DNA of 18,475 bases, taken from NCBI GenBank assembly GCA_963792585.1, contig CAWBWI010000007.1, positions 1 through 18,475 of the forward strand, read 5' to 3'. Source of the stretch: Candidatus Eiseniibacteriota bacterium (GTDB lineage Bacteria; Eisenbacteria; RBG-16-71-46; CAIMUX01; VGJL01). This document shows, one piece after another, positions 1-6,931 of the stretch (position 1 is the first letter of the stretch; each line of letters opens with the position of its first letter). A program made the position numbers and the translations under genes. The notes beneath the pieces are model-generated. The model searched no databases and was not told the DNA's origin. It was given only the letters and a program-made list of their open reading frames with translations.

Positions 1-918
1 GCCGACAGCGATGCAAGCGTGTTGATCACGGGCGAAACGGGAACGGGCAAGGGGCTCTTGGCGCTCTGTGTCCACCGCGCGAGTCGTCGGCGTGATCGGA
101 ACTTGATTCAGGTCAACTGCGCGGCCCTTCCCGAGAGCCTTCTCGAAAGCGAGCTGTTCGGCCACGTCCAAGGGGCCTTCACCGGCGCGGTGCGGAACAA
201 GCGCGGTCTGATCGAGGAGGCGGACGGCGGGACTCTGTTCCTGGACGAGGTCGATCGATGCCATCGAAACGTGCAGGCTAAGCTCCTCCACGTCCTCGAC
301 AGCAGAGAGTTCCGGCCCGTAGGCGACGTCCGATCGAAGACGGTGGACGTTCGCATCATATGCGCGACGAATACCGATCTTGCCGCAGCGATCCAGTCGG
401 GTGAATTCCTCGAGGACCTCTACTATCGGCTGAACGACTTTCAGGTTGGGATCCCGCCGCTGAGGGACCGACGCGAGGATATCCCCGTTCTTGTGAGGCA
501 CTTCTTTTCCGTCTGCGCGAAGGAAAGCGACCGCAAGCCGGCGGGCATCTCGCGCGAGGTGCTCCAGCGGTTGATGGACCATGACTGGCGGGGCAATGTA
601 CGGGAGCTTTCGAAGTGCATCCGCAGGCTCATCGTCCTCTCCGAGGACGGCGAGTGGATCGCTCCGGAGATGCTGCCGCCCGAGTTCCGGGACAATGGGA
701 GCAGATCCCAAATGGGCCGCACACTGCGGGACTCGATTCGCAGGCTCGAATCGACCCTGATAGGCCAGACTCTCCGAGAGACAGGTGGAAACAAGTCGGA
801 GACGAGCCGACGGCTGCATCTGAGTTACCCGGCGCTTCTTTCCAAGATCAAGGAGTACGGACTCGAGCCTGGCAATCCGAGCAAGAATACTCCGATACGA
901 TCAAAGAAATCCCAATAG
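1..918 (+). CDS. Sigma-54-dependent enhancer-binding protein (NtrC/Fis family), 5'-truncated
   Basis: Frame is open from base 1. Walker A GETGTGK, ESELFGH, GAFTGA, Walker B FLDEVD, EDLYYRLN, WRGNVREL, and a C-terminal Fis-type HTH (GGNKSETSRRLHLSYPALLSKI). Confidence 0.95.
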   Translation, partial: ADSDASVLITGETGTGKGLLALCVHRASRRRDRNLIQVNCAALPESLLESELFGHVQGAFTGAVRNKRGLIEEADGGTLFLDEVDRCHRNVQAKLLHVLDSREFRPVGDVRSKTVDVRIICATNTDLAAAIQSGEFLEDLYYRLNDFQVGIPPLRDRREDIPVLVRHFFSVCAKESDRKPAGISREVLQRLMDHDWRGNVRELSKCIRRLIVLSEDGEWIAPEMLPPEFRDNGSRSQMGRTLRDSIRRLESTLIGQTLRETGGNKSETSRRLHLSYPALLSKIKEYGLEPGNPSKNTPIRSKKSQ

Positions 919-1090
919 CCCCACTTCACGCGATTGTAAGCGGTTACGCCGATTCGGCCGGATCGCTATCAATTCGAATTCCAAATTGGATCCCTGACCC
1001 TGTCGGTGCCGGTTCGGACGGTGCCACCTCCACGTCAGCAGTATCCACACCTGAAACGAGTTACCCGATTACTTTGTATCCAGTCACGAT

Positions 1091-1106
1091 TGGCACCAAT
1101 GCTGCT
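1091..1106 (+). promoter_or_regulatory. Sigma-54 (-24/-12) promoter
   Basis: TGGCACCAATGCTGCT versus consensus TGGCACG-N4-TTGCW. GG (1092-1093) and GC (1104-1105) are correctly spaced. It lies ~170 bp downstream of an EBP gene. Predicted TSS ~1117. Confidence 0.7.
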
Positions 1107-1116
1107 CTATGTCAGG

Positions 1117-1233
1117 AGCGGAGGGGGGACCTCCAGACTGGGGCCGGGTCGGTTCGTAAAAGCCCTGGGTTCCAACGGTCAGCCACTTGTCTAGGAGCCG
1201 GTTTGCGGTTACTGACCCGGACCCCCAGTTTTA
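1117..1233 (+). ncRNA. Candidate structured sRNA / leader domain 1 (family not recognised)
   Basis: ACTGGGG-CCGGGTCGGT (1137-1153) pairs with ACTGACCCGG-ac-CCCCAGT (1211-1229). Inner helices TCGTAAA/TTTGCGG and CCTGGG/TCTAGG contain several G-U pairs. A TTTT run follows. It begins at the predicted sigma-54 TSS. Confidence 0.55.
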
Positions 1234-1275
1234 TAGAAGCGAACTTCTTCGAATTGCTTGCACAGCAGTCTTCAA

Positions 1276-1394
1276 GGGACCGGGCACTTAGGTCCGCCAG
1301 ACGGGTCCGAGGGACGGTAGAACGATTCCCGTCCCGAATCCCCCCAAATCCGAGCCCGGATTCGGATGGCGGTCCTAGGTGTCCGGACCGTTTT
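1276..1394 (+). ncRNA. Candidate structured RNA domain 2 (multibranch, family not recognised)
   Basis: 20-nt arms 1280-1299 and 1367-1386 pair with 2 G-U pairs and 1 mismatch. They enclose the hairpins GGGACGG/CCGTCCC and AATCCG/CGGATT. GTTTT follows. Confidence 0.5.
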
Positions 1395-1556
1395 CCTCAG
1401 GATTCTCGGGACAGACCCTGCCGCTTTTCGTAACCTCCAATCGAAGATAGACGTAGCAGCGCGTGAACCCGCGGCGATTCCCAGGGTACATGGCGAGGCT
1501 GCACGTCCCGGGCTCCCGACCAGGGTAACGTCCGCCACACTGGAGGGATCGAGAAG

Positions 1557-2447
1557 ATGAGACGATTCGAGCTTGGTTTCGGGGTGCTGGCCTTGCTGCT
1601 CGCGCTGGGCCTGGTCGGCTGCGATGACGAGACCGGCACGTGCAACGACCTCATGGCCCCCGCGGCTCCCCGAGGTCTGACAAGCGTGACGGGCGACCAC
1701 GCCGTCTACCTCGCCTGGTACCCCAACGGCGAGCTGGATATCGATGGCTATCGGATCTACCGCAACAATCAGCCGAGCGGCGTCTACGATCGGATTGGAT
1801 GGGTCGGGGCCAATCACAGGGCGGAGTTCACGGACTTCGAGGCGATCAACGGCCGGACCTACTGGTATGCGGTCAGCGCGGTGGATCTCACGGGAAACGA
1901 GAGCGACTTCTCTCCGGAGGAAGTATTCGACACCCCGCGCCCCGAGGGCGTGGGTGTGGCGCTTCGCAACTACTACGCCGACCCCGACCGGTCCGCCTAC
2001 GACTTCCATGCGGAGAATCTCGGGCGGGGACGGGTGACGGGGTATGACGACCCGTTTGCCGACATCGCCTTTGTCCGCGAAGGAGACACCGGGAGCTGGA
2101 TGTATGGCCTCGAGGATCCTCCCGGCTCGGGCGTCTACGTCGAGCTTCAGGACATGGGTTTTGTCGGGAGCCTCGATGAGATCTCCTGGGCACCAGCCGA
2201 CGGATGGTCACCTCGCGCCGCGGTGGAATTGATCGTCGGTCATGCGTATGTCGTCTGGACGCGCGACGATCACTACGCAAAGTTCCGCGTCGTGGATCTC
2301 CGTCCGGACGATGTCGTGTTCGACTGGGCCTATCAGATTTCAACCGGGAACCAGGAGCTTCGCGCGGAGACGCCGATCGTTCCGGCCGGAGCGCCGCCGG
2401 CCCCGCCGCGCAGCGCGAAGGGCCCGCAGGCTCAGGCGAGACGTTGA
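1557..2447 (+). CDS. Lipoprotein with fibronectin type III domain and an uncharacterised C-terminal beta domain
   Basis: RBS GGAGG. Signal peptide with lipobox LVG-C. FN3 signature (PAAPRGL..VYLAW..GYRIYR..YWYAVSAVDLTGNESDFS). Confidence 0.85.
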   Translation: MRRFELGFGVLALLLALGLVGCDDETGTCNDLMAPAAPRGLTSVTGDHAVYLAWYPNGELDIDGYRIYRNNQPSGVYDRIGWVGANHRAEFTDFEAINGRTYWYAVSAVDLTGNESDFSPEEVFDTPRPEGVGVALRNYYADPDRSAYDFHAENLGRGRVTGYDDPFADIAFVREGDTGSWMYGLEDPPGSGVYVELQDMGFVGSLDEISWAPADGWSPRAAVELIVGHAYVVWTRDDHYAKFRVVDLRPDDVVFDWAYQISTGNQELRAETPIVPAGAPPAPPRSAKGPQAQARR

Positions 2448-2473
2448 CCTCTCCCCGCGCGGGTGCATATGCT
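2444..2473 (+). promoter_or_regulatory. Putative sigma-70-type promoter for the PorV-like gene
   Basis: TTGACC-N18-TATGCT, ~75 bp upstream of ATG 2550. Confidence 0.45.
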
Positions 2474-2549
2474 CGCTCAGTCGCGTGCCGGGTCCGGACG
2501 GACCCTCGGGTCCAGATGCTGCCCGGGTTCGCTGCATGAAGGGAGATCC

Positions 2550-3455
2550 ATGAAGAAGCGCGCCGTGCCGCTGCTCGCCGTCGTGATTTCGCTCGTGGGA
2601 TCGATATCCGTGGGGGCCGCAGAGCCGTCGATGATGGCCTTTCTGAAGGTCGGGGCCGGGGCGGACGCCGTCGGCATGGGCGAGGCAGTCGTTGCGAGTG
2701 TCGACGGCCCGAATGCGACCTACTGGAATGCGGGCGCTCTTGCGTTTCTGCCGGGGATCCAGGCCACGGTCGTTCACAACGAGAGCTTTCAGTCAGTGCG
2801 GCAGGAGTATGCCGGGCTCACCCGTTCCTTCGGAGGTTGGACGCTTGGCGGCTCCTTCCTCGGCACATGGACCGACAACATGGATTCCTACGACGAGTCA
2901 GCGAACTACCTCGGGAAGTTCGCCTATTACGCATTCGCTGCCGGCGTCACCGGCGCGCGCAGATTGAGCGATACCTGGGGCGCCGGGGTCACGGTGAAGT
3001 ACGTGCGCGACGCTTTCGACATCTACAGTGCGTCGGGGGCGGCCTTCGATCTTGGGATCCAGGGGCGCGAGGTGCTTCCGCGTCTCGGTGTCGGAGTTTC
3101 GGTTCTCCACCTCGGCTCGCAGCTGAGCTACGTGGACAAGTCGTACAGCCTGCCGCGGACGATCCAGGGCGGGATCAGCTACAGACTTCCGGTCCCCGCA
3201 ACCGGCACCGATGCCCTCGTCGCGGCGGAGGTTCGCTCGGTGGTCGGTGAGGACACGAGCTTCCTCACAGGTGTCGAATACCGCGTCCAGCAGGTCGCGC
3301 GCCTGCGAGTGGGGTACCGCAGCGGCCTCGACACCCAGGACGTGAGTTTCGGCATCGGATTCCACAAGGGATCGCTGACTGCAGACTACGCGTACGTCCC
3401 CTTCGGCGAGGACCTGGGAGCCCAGCACCGCGTAGGACTCACGTACCGGCGCTAG
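2550..3455 (+). CDS. PorV/PorQ-like (UPF0164) outer-membrane beta-barrel protein
   Basis: Start reassigned to ATG 2550 (GGGAG upstream, signal peptide MKKRAVPLLAVV). Family N-terminal motif FLKVGAGADAVGMGEA..ATYWNAGAL. Amphipathic strands ending DYAYVPFGEDLGAQHRVGLTY. Confidence 0.85.
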   Translation: MKKRAVPLLAVVISLVGSISVGAAEPSMMAFLKVGAGADAVGMGEAVVASVDGPNATYWNAGALAFLPGIQATVVHNESFQSVRQEYAGLTRSFGGWTLGGSFLGTWTDNMDSYDESANYLGKFAYYAFAAGVTGARRLSDTWGAGVTVKYVRDAFDIYSASGAAFDLGIQGREVLPRLGVGVSVLHLGSQLSYVDKSYSLPRTIQGGISYRLPVPATGTDALVAAEVRSVVGEDTSFLTGVEYRVQQVARLRVGYRSGLDTQDVSFGIGFHKGSLTADYAYVPFGEDLGAQHRVGLTYRR

Positions 3456-4228
3456 CCCTCCGCGGCGATGGTCTCCGACCCGCCGTCGGGCCGGAAACGA
3501 CGCAGCGTGAATACGCCTTCCTCGAGCACCGCATAGGTGAAGTTCTTCAGCCAATCTCCAAGGATGATGAATTCCCCGCCCGGCAACCGGATGTGGGTCG
3601 GCTCGTGGACGTGTCCCATCACGACGGCGTCGGCGTCCTTGCCGAGCCGCGGGAGCGCGATGTCGCGCACGAGTTTCGGTATCAAGACTTCGCGCGGTTC
3701 GCTGTGGCGCCGGCTCAGGGCGGAGACCCGATAGGCAAGCGGAATCCCGATGTCCGGGTGGACCGTGCGGTAGAGGGCGATGCAGAGGCGGCTGCGCAGA
3801 ACCCTTTTCAGGACCTTGTAGCCGTGATCGCCGCCCCCCAATCCGTCACCGTGCGCGACGTACACACGCCGGCCTTGGATATGGAAATCCGTAGGTTCGT
3901 CGGTGACCTGGATGCCGATCTCCTCTCTCAAGTACGTTCCTGCCCAGAAGTCGTGGTTGCCGCCGAAGTAGATCACGGGCACGCCGTCGGTTCGCAGCTC
4001 CCCGATCGCCCTCAGCACCCGGAAGTGACCCTTCGGTATCGCGTGCCGGTATTCGAACCAGAAGTCGAAGAGGTCGCCCACGATCATGAGGCCGGAGATA
4101 CGGCCGCGCAGGCTGCTGAGGAATTCGGTCAGCCACTGCTCGCGCTGCGGCGCGCCCGACGGCGCGCCAAGGTGGGCGTCGCTCACGAAGACGATGGGGC
4201 CGGGACGGTCGAACAAGCTGGACGGCAT
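3452..4228 (-). CDS. lpxH: UDP-2,3-diacylglucosamine diphosphatase (LpxH-like metallophosphoesterase)
   Basis: Calcineurin-like motifs SDAHLG, GDLFDFW, GNHDFW, HGDG and MGHVH, plus the C-terminal LGDW typical of the LpxH family. Confidence 0.85.
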   Translation of the reverse strand: MPSSLFDRPGPIVFVSDAHLGAPSGAPQREQWLTEFLSSLRGRISGLMIVGDLFDFWFEYRHAIPKGHFRVLRAIGELRTDGVPVIYFGGNHDFWAGTYLREEIGIQVTDEPTDFHIQGRRVYVAHGDGLGGGDHGYKVLKRVLRSRLCIALYRTVHPDIGIPLAYRVSALSRRHSEPREVLIPKLVRDIALPRLGKDADAVVMGHVHEPTHIRLPGGEFIILGDWLKNFTYAVLEEGVFTLRRFRPDGGSETIAAEG

Positions 4229-4368
4229 GCGGACAGTCTATCGAAGGGATCGATCCCGGGACAGCCTCCCGAAACAAATGTGGTAGGATCGAACGTTGGG
4301 TTTCGGACGCGCGCTCGATCGGCGTGCCAATCCGAGACCGCTCGCGACCCTGGTGAGAAGGAGGCGTT

Positions 4369-5808
4369 CTGAGGCGCTCCGAATCGTTCGACGCGGCGGC
4401 CGAGGTCTTCCGATCCGCCCTCTGGACGGTGCTGGTGCTCGGCCTGGGCGTGGTGATCGGACTGAGCGTGATGCTGGTCGCCGGACGAAACGTCGCGCGG
4501 GCTCCCCAGGTCAATCCCCAAGGCGCCGTCACCCCCTCGCTGTTCGCGCCGGTGGTCGAGAGGATCATCCCCGCGGTCGTTTCGATCGACGTCGAGAAGC
4601 GCTTCCGCCATAGCGACCTCGGCTTCGATGAGGACGGCACGGGTGGAGGAGATCCCGACTTCGGTGACCGGGAGTTCGAGATCCCATCCTCCGGAAGCGG
4701 CTTCCTGATCGATGACGAAGGGCACATCCTGACCAACGATCACGTTGTCCGCGATGGGATCCGCATCGACGTCCATCTCTCGGATGGCCGCCAGCTTCCC
4801 GCCCGACTGGTGGGCCGGGATCCGATGACCGACATCGCTGTCGTCCAGATCGAGAGCGACCGACCCCTCCCGACCGTGCCGCTCGGGAATTCGGACGAGG
4901 TGCGCATCGGCGACTGGGTGATCGCGATCGGCAATCCCCTGGGAATGCTCGAGGGGAGCGTGACAGCGGGGATTGTCAGCGCCAAGGGGCGGACGGATAT
5001 TTCGATTCGTGGGGGAGGCCCGTCCTACCAGGACTTCATCCAGACGGATGCATCGATCAACCCCGGCAACAGCGGTGGACCGCTCGTCGACGACGAGGGG
5101 CGCGCGATCGGGGTCAACACCGCATACAACGCGCCCGGAAACGGGATCGGCTTTGCGATCTCGATCAACATGGCGCGCGAGGTTGCGGAACAACTGATCC
5201 GCAAAGGACGCGTGCCGAGGGCGATGCTCGGCGTCGGCTTGACGGGCCTCGACGCGGACATGGCGCTCGGTTGGGGGTTGGATGGCGTCAGCGGGGTGGT
5301 CGTGACCGAAGTCCAGGAGGGAAGTCCCGCGGACGCCTCCGGGATCGAAGAGGGAGATGTGATCATCGAGTTCGATGGACAGCCGACTCCCCAGGTCTCG
5401 CCGTTCCGCTTGCTCGTGGCCCGCACGGAGATCGGCCGCAAAGTGCGCCTGAAGTACCTGCGCCATGGCCGGTCCCAGGAGGCGCTCGTTCACCTCATCG
5501 AGCGCGCGGATCCGGTGCCGATCCTGCCGGTGCGGCGGAACCCTCGGGGGGATGAACTGCTCGGCCTCGCCATCTCCCGGACGGGCCCCGAAGGAGTGGT
5601 CCTCATCGATTCCGTGGCGGTAGACAGCCCCGCCTTCCGGGCGGGAATCCGGGACGGGGACCAGCTCATCGCCGTGGGCTGGCACGAAGTCTCGAGTGTC
5701 GACGAAGTCCGGAAGGAACTCCACAACTCCTTGCGGGATAACGGTGTTGCGGTCCTCAAGGTACGGCGAGACGGGAGTAACACCTACCTGAGCATCCGTC
5801 CCGACTAG
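4369..5808 (+). CDS. HtrA/DegP(Do)-family serine protease with two PDZ domains
   Basis: Catalytic triad TNDHVV / DIAVV / GNSGGP, plus SGSGF, IGNPLG and IQTDASIN. N-terminal TM helix and two PDZ domains. The start is uncertain: CTG 4369 behind AAGGAGG, or GTG 4429. Confidence 0.95.
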   Translation: MRRSESFDAAAEVFRSALWTVLVLGLGVVIGLSVMLVAGRNVARAPQVNPQGAVTPSLFAPVVERIIPAVVSIDVEKRFRHSDLGFDEDGTGGGDPDFGDREFEIPSSGSGFLIDDEGHILTNDHVVRDGIRIDVHLSDGRQLPARLVGRDPMTDIAVVQIESDRPLPTVPLGNSDEVRIGDWVIAIGNPLGMLEGSVTAGIVSAKGRTDISIRGGGPSYQDFIQTDASINPGNSGGPLVDDEGRAIGVNTAYNAPGNGIGFAISINMAREVAEQLIRKGRVPRAMLGVGLTGLDADMALGWGLDGVSGVVVTEVQEGSPADASGIEEGDVIIEFDGQPTPQVSPFRLLVARTEIGRKVRLKYLRHGRSQEALVHLIERADPVPILPVRRNPRGDELLGLAISRTGPEGVVLIDSVAVDSPAFRAGIRDGDQLIAVGWHEVSSVDEVRKELHNSLRDNGVAVLKVRRDGSNTYLSIRPD

Positions 5809-5823
5809 CGCGGACCGAGGCGC

Positions 5824-5852
5824 TTGACGGGCCCCCGAGCCGAGGCTACGGT
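5824..5852 (+). promoter_or_regulatory. Putative sigma-70-type promoter for the M23 peptidase/amidase genes
   Basis: TTGACG-N17-TACGGT in the intergenic gap. Confidence 0.45.
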
Positions 5853-5947
5853 TCCATCTGGGTCAGGTCCGGGTATGCGCCCGACGAAGCACTGACGGGG
5901 CGCTTGGCGGACGGCGGCGGGGACACGCCGTCGGGAGAGGGGGGTGT

Positions 5948-6877
5948 TTGGGGAAGGGACTCTTCCACATCGTGTTGATGCCGGAGGACGGCGGTCAGGT
6001 CCGCAACTTCCGCATCACCGCCCAGGCCCTCCGGGGCGCAGTTGGCGGCCTCGTCCTTCTCGTCCTCGCGCTCGGCGCCTCTCTCACCTTCCACGTTCAA
6101 ACATTCCGCGACGCGCAACTCACGTCCAACCTGCGGGCGGAGAACGCAGCGCTCCGTGATCAGCTCCAAGGGTTCAGGAAGGTCGTTGATGAGTTGCAGG
6201 AGGGGATCGAGGACGTGGGCCGGCGGGAGCGCGAAGCGCGGCTCCTCGCGGGCCTCGACCCCGTGGACGAGCAGACCCGCAGGCTTGGGATCGGCGGGCA
6301 GTACCTCCAGGTCGAACCACCAGCCGAGGTCGGCGCCGGCGCACGCGAGGAACTCCGGACGCAGGGAAGACGGCTGGACGCGCTCCAGCGCCAAATGGAG
6401 TTTCAGAAGCACAGCTACGCCGAAGTCCTCGGGACCCTCGGGGCGCAGCGTGAGAAACTGGCGTGTACGCCGACGATCTGTCCCATCCGCACGGGCTATA
6501 CCCTTTCGAGTGGGTTCGGCTCGCGCGTCGATCCCTTCACAGGGCGTTCGGGTTGGCACAACGGCCTCGATCTCCGGGCGACTCCCGGTACGCCCGTCCT
6601 CGCGCCGGCAGATGGGAGTGTCTCGTTCGTGGGCTACAACGGCGATTTCGGTTTGTCCATCCAACTCGATCACGGCTCCGGCATCGAGACGGCCTACTGC
6701 CATCTCTCCTCCGCGTCGGTTCGCTCCGGCGGCAAGGTGCGCCGCGGGGACCGAGTCGGGGCCGTCGGGACCTCGGGTCGATCCACCGGATCGCACCTGC
6801 ACTACGAGGTCTGGCTCGCAGGTCGACCCGTCGATCCCGAGACGTACGTTCTCACGCCCCGGGCGATCGTCGACTAG
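5948..6877 (+). CDS. M23-family metallopeptidase (peptidoglycan endopeptidase; TM helix, coiled coil, M23 domain)
   Basis: SSGFGSRVDPF, HNGLD (HxxxD), YCHL, GRSTGSHLHYEV (HxH). TTG start with a purine-rich RBS. Confidence 0.93.
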   Translation: MGKGLFHIVLMPEDGGQVRNFRITAQALRGAVGGLVLLVLALGASLTFHVQTFRDAQLTSNLRAENAALRDQLQGFRKVVDELQEGIEDVGRREREARLLAGLDPVDEQTRRLGIGGQYLQVEPPAEVGAGAREELRTQGRRLDALQRQMEFQKHSYAEVLGTLGAQREKLACTPTICPIRTGYTLSSGFGSRVDPFTGRSGWHNGLDLRATPGTPVLAPADGSVSFVGYNGDFGLSIQLDHGSGIETAYCHLSSASVRSGGKVRRGDRVGAVGTSGRSTGSHLHYEVWLAGRPVDPETYVLTPRAIVD

Positions 6878-6931
6878 CGTCGACGCCGATCCTCTCCTAT
6901 TCTGGCGAAGGCCCGGAGGCCGTCGCTTCGC

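Noticed and set aside
1150..1215. Resemblance of AAAGCC..AGCCGGTT to the 3' half of a c-di-GMP-I riboswitch
   Set aside because: The GGCAAA..GAAA-tetraloop 5' hairpin is absent, and the segment is better explained as part of the long rod hairpin. A cmscan would settle it.
1270..1330. CCGGGCACTT resembling the c-di-GMP-II riboswitch loop
   Set aside because: The downstream GTGCAACCG pseudoknot partner is not present.
1117..1400. Possible 6S RNA, SRP RNA, RNase P RNA, tmRNA or tRNA
   Set aside because: No SRP CAGG-GNRA-AGCA helix, no RNase P GAGGAAAGTCC, no T-arm/CCA end, and each domain is much shorter than a typical 6S rod with central bubble.
615..1433. 272-aa ORF and other short ORFs spanning the non-coding gap
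   Set aside because: They overlap the EBP out of frame and have no motifs or convincing RBS. Typical GC-rich shadow ORFs.
4314..4330. Minus-strand TGGCACG, a perfect sigma-54 -24 box upstream of lpxH
   Set aside because: The -12 position reads TCGA rather than TTGC, so the essential GC is missing.
5860..5895. GGTCAGGTCCGG..GAAGCA resembling the SRP (4.5S) RNA core; GGTCAGGTCC recurs at 11644
   Set aside because: The GNRA tetraloop and the long flanking helix are missing. A 10-mer recurrence is weak evidence.
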